Assembly: GCA_000934665.2 (NCBI GenBank)
Contig: JYFJ02003409.1
Coordinates: 1-42,169, forward strand
From: Catajapyx aquilonaris
Lineage: Eukaryota
DNA length: 42,169 nt
Reading direction: 5' to 3'
Position numbers and translations under genes: made by a program. Positions 34,536 to 42,169 of the stretch are shown piece after piece (the stretch's first letter is position 1; every line of letters starts with the position of its first letter). Below the pieces are notes generated by a model, which saw nothing but the letters and a program-made list of their open reading frames with translations, was not told the DNA's origin and did no database searches.

Positions 34536-35597
34536 TAGTTGACTGTTTTGCGACCTGTCACCAAAGAGATCTGCTATAATAAACCTAAAGAGACGACTTG
34601 GGGTGAAATGTGAGGCAGGATCTGGCAGGACACAATAGGAATCAAGTAAAGATGGCGGACTTGGATTAATTCATTGTTGTCCCAGATGTTACTACAGTAG
34701 TTGATAGGTCCATAGAGATGTCATCCCATAGCAGAAGAAGTACACAGTGTCAACAATCAAGCTCGACCCAAGTAAAGATGGTGGCCTGGCTCAGCCAGGG
34801 ACATGGGGAAAGGAGAGGAACTAGTTTCTCTAGATATACAAAATTATTGTAGCAGAACTCTTTGCCTGTCACACAGATGCGCATCTAAATATTAGTGAAC
34901 ATTGTTATCATGGTGGTTACTAAGGGTATGAGACATAACAAACACTCATTTCTTCGGCACCAAGTGTATTGGCAAAATAATTTTCTTTCAAGTCACACTA
35001 TCATTCCTCAAAAAATGTGCACTTATTTCATTTACACCCTGTATGTTGAGAGTGGGAGGGTGCACTACCAGACATAATTGCATATACCCTAATAATAAAT
35101 GGAAACAACGATGTTGGTGTTACATGGCAACTGCGCCATAAAGGGCGTGTTCTGACATCATCACACGGAGGTCGCTTAGTGTTCTTTCTATTGTTGCCAC
35201 TGTTTACAGGTAGTGATTGATGCTGGGCGACCTAGTGACGGCTCTGCATGCTTACTAATGATTGGCATCGGAATAAGTGGGCTGAGGGCATATTATTTTG
35301 AGAAAGCACATTGTTACTATCATCACTTCCCACGATGATGGGAGTTACAGAATAGCCGGAAAGATGAGAGGGATGTTCTAGTAGTTGGTTGCTATATCTG
35401 GTGGTTACTAGTACGGCTCTGACAGTAATTCAGAATGAAAATGTGTCCCTTACCCAACCAACCCACCCTCTTTATACCCGTTACACTGGCCTTGATTGGG
35501 AGTGGATCACATTCAATGTTGGACCACGGTCTATTACGTGGGTAACGCCAATGCCGTAGTTGACATTTAGGATATGCCATAATGTCCGGTAGTGTTA

Positions 35598-35768
35598 CAG
35601 GGTGACTCTAAAGCCAGCAGCATACACAGGTAATTGCATTGTTGGTTACCAGTTGTGCCAACTACTGGATTGTTGACAGTCAGTACATGATGAGTTGGCA
35701 TGGTTGGCACAACTGGAAACCAACAATGCAACCAATTACCTATGTATCCTGACTTTCGAGTCACCCTG
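35598..35768. mobile_element. 171-bp Tc1/mariner-type MITE
   Basis: TA|CAGGGTGACTC...GAGTCACCCTG|TA with inner arms TTGCATTGTTGGTT-CCAGTTGTGCCAAC / GTTGGCACAACTGG-AACCAACAATGCAA. Confidence 0.85.
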
Positions 35769-36989
35769 TAGGTTGTGATGCATGTACGGCAGGAAATGTA
35801 GGGACCAAACTCCCATACCATTTTTGACCAGGACCTTATGGTTCTCATGGAAACACGAGGGTCCCCATCAGGCTGGGGACTCCAGAGCCTGCTCCAGAGG
35901 AGAGACAGATGCGGCTGGAGGTTTGCCGCAGAGGGAGTCATTCGAACTATAGAAGCCAAATTCTGAACACAGCAAGTCGTGAACTGATTCTCGTCTATTT
36001 ACAGCCCACAACAACATGCTGGTGTGCCTCTCCCTCTGTATACTTGCTTGGCAATATTACCTCGTTATATTTCTGCACCAACAGGCTCCAGAGCTCCCTT
36101 CCCTTTCGCTCAACAAGACTTCGCCTCCTTCTGACTGAAACAACTGGGCGAATGGCGAGAAGAACCAAGATGGCCTCTGGAGAGACAGCGTTGCCAACTC
36201 CTTTCACTCTTATTTATATCGCAATTATTACAAGTTTGGAATGTGGTCACATGGGCGCAATTAATTCTGTAATGACACACGCTGTTGAAGTAACAGATCA
36301 TCATTATTATCATTATTATAACTGACGGATCCGTTTACACGTGCCAGTGACAACTCGGCGGCTATTCGTCCTTCACATGGAATGCTTGATCGTGATTGGT
36401 TGAATTCCTTACATTTATGGTGGCTTGAACAGACAGTGACAACAAACAATATTAAGCAACATTGTCACTGGTAGTAGCAAACCATAAGGACCGATACGGA
36501 CACAACACAAATATATGAAGAAATATTTTTTTCTCAATTTTTATTCAAATGCACCTTCCCATACATTTCCTCCCTTTTTGATTTCTCTCAGGTCATCACT
36601 GTACGGTACATTCCGTTTAAAAGCATGACACAGCTGGAATCCGCATATTTAAAAAATACAGGGATATTAGAAAAATGAAAGAAAAATATTCCCAAGTACA
36701 AAGGTTATAAAAAATTATTATGGAATCAGCACTCCCGTATATCACACTGGTAACATGAAATAATCATCTCATACATTTTGATTGTCGCACAACAGACCTG
36801 TCCGTATATTCTTGGTGAGATTACAACTGGTTTGGGACTAGGTCCTCCACTATCCCACTGACCCTGCCCACAGCCCAGGGCCAATGGGAATCAGGGGACA
36901 GCCAAACAGGCAGGTACCCAAGCTTATCTTTGGGAAAATCTGTCCCCACCAATCTCAACCTTCAGATGACACTAGGTTTAATCACAACA

Positions 36990-38822
36990 CTACTGCCTAC
37001 TTACCACAACCCCAACTTTGCTCCTCGGTTTACCCATTGACTTGGCATATTCCCATGTATCTTTGTCAGGATTGTAAACCACAACTTCAGAAATCATTTC
37101 CCTTGCAGCACTTCCCCTTCCCACCTCTCCACCAATAACGTACAAGCAGCCACCAGCAGCACAAACTCCAGGCTTTGATACCCCCTGCTTCAGATGGGTC
37201 ACAGTCACCCATTCATTTTGGTCAAAAGAATACCTGTCAACTGCGTTGGAGGGAGAGTAGTCTGCATCATCAATAGACCCACCCACAACGTACAAATGTG
37301 CGCCAATGACAGCAACACCCATGTTGAAGCGAGGATTCAACCAAGGGGCCTTTTTCCGCCACTCTCTTGTTGCTGGGTTGTATGACGTAAAGTCCTTTGT
37401 GACAGTTCCTTCTTCCCCAATCCCACCTACCACGTATATCAGCCCCTGGTATGACACAACACCCATCGCGTACATCGCTCTAGGCATTTGATCAATCACA
37501 TGCCACATGCCTACTTTGGGGTCACATTTTTCAATGACCCGTAGAGTATGGTCCCTGTCACGTCCCCCAAATGCATACAAACAGCCATTTAATTCACACA
37601 GTCCAAAGCAAGAGCGTCTAAACCACATTCTGGCTTCTTTCTTCCACACATTACTGCAAGTGTCAAAAACATAAGAAGGCAGCAGCCTCTTCTCTGAATT
37701 CGACACACCACCCACAACGTACACGTCAGAACCTATGGCACAAATTCCAGCTCCAAGATAGTCTCCAATGCATGACCTTCCTACTTTGTGCCACTTCCCA
37801 GAACGTGTGTCGAAACACTTCACAATATTTGAAAAGTACTTGCCACCCCCCATATCAGAACGTGCATACTCCCATCCCCCAAAGATGTATATGTACGTAT
37901 ACCTAGTTCTCTTTGGTGCTCTGGACAGGCCAGTAGACAATGCACTTTTCCACTCTCTCCTCACAATGCCGCTAAAGGGCGGGGTACGGCAAAATCTCAT
38001 AGCACATTCAAGTTGGTGTTCTGATAGCGATGAGAACTTAACATATTGCAATAATTCATGAGCATGTTGCAGCCTTTCTCCTAGGAGAAAGGCAATCCAG
38101 CAAATGATAGCATCAAGCAATTGCTTCTGATTATAGACCCAGAGAGTATCACATTCCAAATATTGAATTAGCTCCTTCTTTGAGAGCTCCTTAAACTCGT
38201 CGTATTTATAAATGACGAGGAAGTTTTCAAGAATGTATCTAGAAACTAAGTTGGCCAATATCGTGCAGTTGTGTGATTTTGCAAATCTGTGAATGCCAAT
38301 CGCATTGGAATACGCTAACTGGTTGGCAATGAACTTGGTGCACATGGTTTCAGCCGTGGACAACTGGAGCATGTTTGCTGCGACAATCACATCTTGCACG
38401 CTGTCTGGCGTCAGCTGAATCCGTCCCGTGTACATGGAGTCCACGAGAGTCGTCAAGGCTGCAGACGACATCCCTCCGATCTCCACACGGCGTTTCAGAG
38501 CATCTGCAAGTCCCCCAGAAAACATGGCCTTGAAGTAAGGGCTTGCCGCTGCCAGGATGACTCGGTGGGCCTGGATTGAATTCCCATCGTCAGCCACCAG
38601 TTCCACGTCGCAGAGGATTGAAGAGCGGCGGAAGTCACCCAGCTGGCCAAACATTCTGGTAAACTGCGACACGGCGGTGCAGTGATCTTGATCTTGCTTC
38701 GAGAAACTGTGCTTCACCTCTCCATCATCAGAGTGGGAATCATCTGAATCCGATTCATTGTATACATTCTCGGATATATGGATGAAGCCATCAGGATAAG
38801 GCGACTCTTCGGGCGACTCCAT
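36990..38822 (-). CDS. BTB-BACK-Kelch (kelch-like) protein, ~610 aa, single coding exon; paralogue of 30568-32394
   Basis: CDVEL..AHRVILAAASPYFKAMFSGGLA, BACK and six kelch repeats. Blocks shared with the first copy (ELNGCLYAFGG, APWLN.R..MGVAV, AVDRYSF..NEW). ATG at 38822 follows a TTACAG acceptor. Confidence 0.93.
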   Translation of the reverse strand: MESPEESPYPDGFIHISENVYNESDSDDSHSDDGEVKHSFSKQDQDHCTAVSQFTRMFGQLGDFRRSSILCDVELVADDGNSIQAHRVILAAASPYFKAMFSGGLADALKRRVEIGGMSSAALTTLVDSMYTGRIQLTPDSVQDVIVAANMLQLSTAETMCTKFIANQLAYSNAIGIHRFAKSHNCTILANLVSRYILENFLVIYKYDEFKELSKKELIQYLECDTLWVYNQKQLLDAIICWIAFLLGERLQHAHELLQYVKFSSLSEHQLECAMRFCRTPPFSGIVRREWKSALSTGLSRAPKRTRYTYIYIFGGWEYARSDMGGGKYFSNIVKCFDTRSGKWHKVGRSCIGDYLGAGICAIGSDVYVVGGVSNSEKRLLPSYVFDTCSNVWKKEARMWFRRSCFGLCELNGCLYAFGGRDRDHTLRVIEKCDPKVGMWHVIDQMPRAMYAMGVVSYQGLIYVVGGIGEEGTVTKDFTSYNPATREWRKKAPWLNPRFNMGVAVIGAHLYVVGGSIDDADYSPSNAVDRYSFDQNEWVTVTHLKQGVSKPGVCAAGGCLYVIGGEVGRGSAAREMISEVVVYNPDKDTWEYAKSMGKPRSKVGVVVSRQ

Positions 38823-40343
38823 CTCTGTAAGCAACGTTAATAACCCAAGTGAATGTTATCCAGACGAGTCCATCATCGGCAACGCGGCTGGAGGCCATAC
38901 GGTACCTGCTCAGGTCCAGTTCGGCACCGAAGTGGAGTAGTGGACACACTTTCTCTCGGGAGAGGAGAGCCTCTTCTAGCTGCCAGCCGTCTGCGTTGTT
39001 CAAAGGAAGGCGCCAGAGATGCTCTATGGATGGCACATGGCGCAATCGGACGTACTTTTTCACCAAAGGCCCACAGGTGGCGACATGTGAGAAGGGAAAA
39101 TGGTCTAGCCCGCGCTTTCCCCGACAGATGGCATCAATCACTTCTACTTCTCCAGTAGTTGCTCCTGGTAGCGCGAGATTTAAAATAAACATGTAGTTTT
39201 TGCCCTGTCTAAATAAACTCGGATTAATTACAATATACCCTATCCGGTGAACTAATTGACATGTCAATTAATTAAGTGCGCAATTTTTAAGGCAAGAGTG
39301 AGTGACTCAAAAGAAACCTTTTTCCCCAATACGCCTGGTGCTGCAGATGTGTCGTTAGGTCAGACCGGGTCAGACCAAGGTCAGACATCGTGGGTTTTTC
39401 AGGATACGTCATACACCCTTGGTAACCCTAGTAATACCATGGTAACCACACTACTACTTGCCCGACACCAATGAAGTTCGCATAGCACGAAAATCACCTG
39501 CGGCATGTCAATGTTACAAAAACGAATTACTTATTGAGAATGAATCATGTCTTAATTGCACAACTTATATGCTAATGAGCCTCATGGAAGAGCCATGTTG
39601 GGGCGAGATATCAATGCATTTGTCAGTGGAACAAGAAGAATAGGACAGTATTTATTTAGCACGCTGGGGCAATGGGGTTCACCCAGAGCGCTCATGTGCC
39701 ACAAACTTTGCCCACTGTTAAATACAGACTTTCATGGTTGTGCCAGATGAAAAAGAAAAAAAAAAGTGCAGGGCTTTTGCCCTGCACCATAATGCCATAA
39801 CTAATTGCACTCGGTGTCTGAAAATAACAATCACGGGAAGTGGTAAGCCCATTCCTCCAGAGGTACACAAGGTGAACTGGAAGAGCTCTGGAAGAAAGAA
39901 AGTCTGCTTATGTGGTTGCTCAAGAAGGACTAGTTGCACAATAACCTGGACACACTCCAGAAGTCCTTCCCTCGATGATCTGCAAAAGCTCAACCGGACT
40001 TCTCTTGAGAGTGAAAACAACTGGGCGAACGGCAGTGCTGCCAGTGATGATGATGATCTGTAAAATACACAGAATCTGATGGATGATAGCTTTTGTCATG
40101 GATGACTCCTATTTCTGGTAGTTCCTGGTAGAAATGCAATTTTGCACTGTCTGTTCCAGTTTTCCTGCACATATCACACTACTTTCAAATTATGCTGAGA
40201 GGAAATAAGAACAACAGATTAATTTATGATCATTGGCCGATTATGACTTCCAATTTCAACTGCCAAGCAATCGCCGATTAAAATTTGACTAATATTAATG
40301 AGTTCAAGGTCATGGCTATTTCTCCACCTACCAATGTCATAGA

Positions 40344-40980
40344 CAGCGCCTGATTTAGGTATTGTCCGCCCATAAGCACTGCCTAACCTGCCACCCCCCA
40401 CCCCACCCCTTTCCACTGACATTATACGTGAAGTGCACAACGTTCGTAATAGTAAGCCTAAAAGTAAGGTGATTAGTGATTAAAATGCACTTTTTATTTT
40501 TATTTTTTTGGTGGCCCCGAGTGGAAAACTCAGTGTACTTTGAATTCTGTAGCAGGGGCGGCGAGGAGTAGAAATCCTCAAACCACACACACTGGATGCT
40601 ATCTCTACCTTCACCAACTGAATACAACACTTGCACAATGACAGTCTGGGAAGAGCCAAGATAGAAGTGATGGAGAACTTCCTTCCTTCCCAGTTCCTTC
40701 CTCATTTTCCTACCACTCTTTCGTCATTGATCAAGGAAATAGTGGCGAAAGCCCTTGTCCTATGAACCCGTCAAAAGGAAACGAGGCCATACCGAACACC
40801 GATACCCCTGAGTTTCCTCCTATCAACTCTCAACCTTGTGCCTAAGCCTACTTCCTGTCGATTCATTAGTTATGATTTATTATTTTTCGTTTGCTATTTT
40901 TGTATGCCTAAATTTGCCGCCCCTTGAAATCTGCCGCCCTAGGCAACTGCCTAGGTTGCATTGCTGTAAATCCGGCGCTG
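40344..40980. mobile_element. 637-bp hAT-type non-autonomous element
   Basis: 14-bp TIRs CAGCGCCTGATTTA / TAAATCCGGCGCTG (13/14). Degenerate 8-bp TSD GTCATAGA / GTCATGGT. Subterminal GCCGCCC repeats and a CCTAGGCAACTGCCTAGG palindrome. Confidence 0.72.
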
Positions 40981-41177
40981 GTCATGGTCATCACGTAATT
41001 TATGTCATTAAATATACCTCGACCAATGTTAATAGCTAAAAATTGGTCATTTCCTATCGTTGCTTGAAAAAAATTCACAAATTATCTCAGGTTCATGACA
41101 CCTACAGAGACAATTTAATGCAATTCATAAAAATGGCAAAACTGGGATTTCCAATGCAGATTTGTGATCTAACAAAA

Positions 41178-41218
41178 TTAACCCAGATATGCCGAGTGTC
41201 CCCTATAGGGGACACCTG
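41178..41218. mobile_element. Possible solo end of a piggyBac-type MITE
   Basis: TTAA|CCC followed by the short palindrome GTGTCCCCTATAGGGGACAC. No second end seen. Confidence 0.3.
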
Positions 41219-41702
41219 CACAGTTGTTACATTTTAATTTTTTGCGCAGGTTCTTCTGCTGCTAAAGAGCTGGGAGTAGTGACGGGGGCTTGAGGAGAGT
41301 CCCAGCTAACGATACAGGTTCAAACCTGCTCAATATCGCTTCAGATTTTTAAGATACAGGTGTTTGAATTTTAACTCAGGAAGTAATGGCTGCGCAGTGG
41401 CTGCACCTCCACGTTCCGAAGACGACTAGTAATTAATTCTCGAATGTTGATTAGCATTATGAGTTATTTTTTGTTTGTAATACTTAGAAAACTTATTAAT
41501 GATGATGTCGATGTGGAAATATAGGAATATTTTTTACTCTCCTTGTCTGAGAGTAGTGCTGAAATCTGGCGTCCCTTCGGGGGAACACAAGAGGCAAATG
41601 CACCCACATTTGGACAAGTAAAGTATGTGTGTGGATTTTGTATGATTTGTTGAACTGTATTTTAATGAATCCATACAATTAAAATGAGATTACATGCCAA
41701 TT

Positions 41703-42092
41703 GGTTAACATGGCAACCGTTGCAACAATCCTTGATTGTTGTTGATTGTTACTCAATTACAACCCATTCTTTGCGCAGCCTGTTTCCAATGGTAATGCAA
41801 TCGACAACAATCAATCATTGACGATATTATGAAACTATGGATATTGCTGAATGTCACTGTTGCCATGGTAATGTAATCAACAACTGTTATAGCCATACGA
41901 GGTTACATTTTCCTAGCATCCCATAATGGGGAACTAGCCTTCATTTTGGAAACTACATAATAAATTCGCCCATATTTTTTGGATTTTTTTGGCATATTCC
42001 GTTTTAAGATATCAGTTTCAGTTCCGGAGTAATTGGGGTTTTTATGTAGGCAAATGGTGACGTCACTGTTTACCTGGAAAATGTTGACGTCA
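41703..42092. promoter_or_regulatory. Promoter-like motif cluster at the right edge (X-box-like sites and two CRE palindromes)
   Basis: GTTAACATGGCAAC at about 41704, GTTGCCATGGTAAT at about 41859, TGACGTCA at 42058 and 42085. Confidence 0.4.
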
Positions 42093-42169
42093 CGCGAAGT
42101 GAAATGAACGCAAAAATGGTGTTATAGAACGCGCCCCGTCATTGTCGTAAAATGCTTCGCTGTTGTTAG

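Larger units (their letters stand above)
33371..34861. repeat. Diverged direct repeat (33371-33883 including a MITE, versus 34589-34861)
   Basis: Shared blocks in the same order: CTTGGGGTGAAATGTGAGGCAGG, AGTAAAGATGG, ATGGGGAAAGGA, GTTTCTCTAGATATA, TAGCAGAACTCT. Confidence 0.8.

Noticed and set aside
41268..41410. tRNA/SINE-like signals (GGTTCAAACC, GCGCAGTGG)
   Set aside because: A- and B-box-like motifs are in the wrong order and no cloverleaf can be built.

Overview
Eukaryotic (most likely arthropod) genomic DNA with short spliceosomal introns. Host genes, left to right: a divergent SSNA1/NA14-like coiled-coil gene (+), a secreted fibrinogen-related protein (+), a gustatory receptor (-), VGLL4/Tgi (-), ATG7 (-), a decayed SNAPC3 copy (-), and two tandem BTB-BACK-Kelch paralogues (-). 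The main accessory feature is a complete 6,048-bp Academ (AcademX-type) DNA transposon at 4100-10147. It has 238-bp TIRs and an ATA target-site duplication. Its ORF can be rebuilt as a ~1,526-aa protein (SV40-type NLS, two zinc-finger-like repeats, DDE-type transposase, XPG/FEN1-like nuclease, Cys-rich tail) broken by three small lesions. Inside this element, upstream of the ORF, is a ~510-nt GC-rich segment (4406-4917) that pairs into at least eight nested long-range helices with G-U wobbles on the + strand. It is bracketed by splice sites and followed by a G-quadruplex motif. This candidate transposon-encoded structured RNA beside a structure-specific nuclease is the most promising unexplained signal; its function is inference only. 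The rest of the window holds many Tc1/mariner- and hAT-type MITEs, some stacked at one TA site, plus TEAD, CRE and X-box motif clusters. All identities come from motif recognition by eye; no database search or folding program was run.
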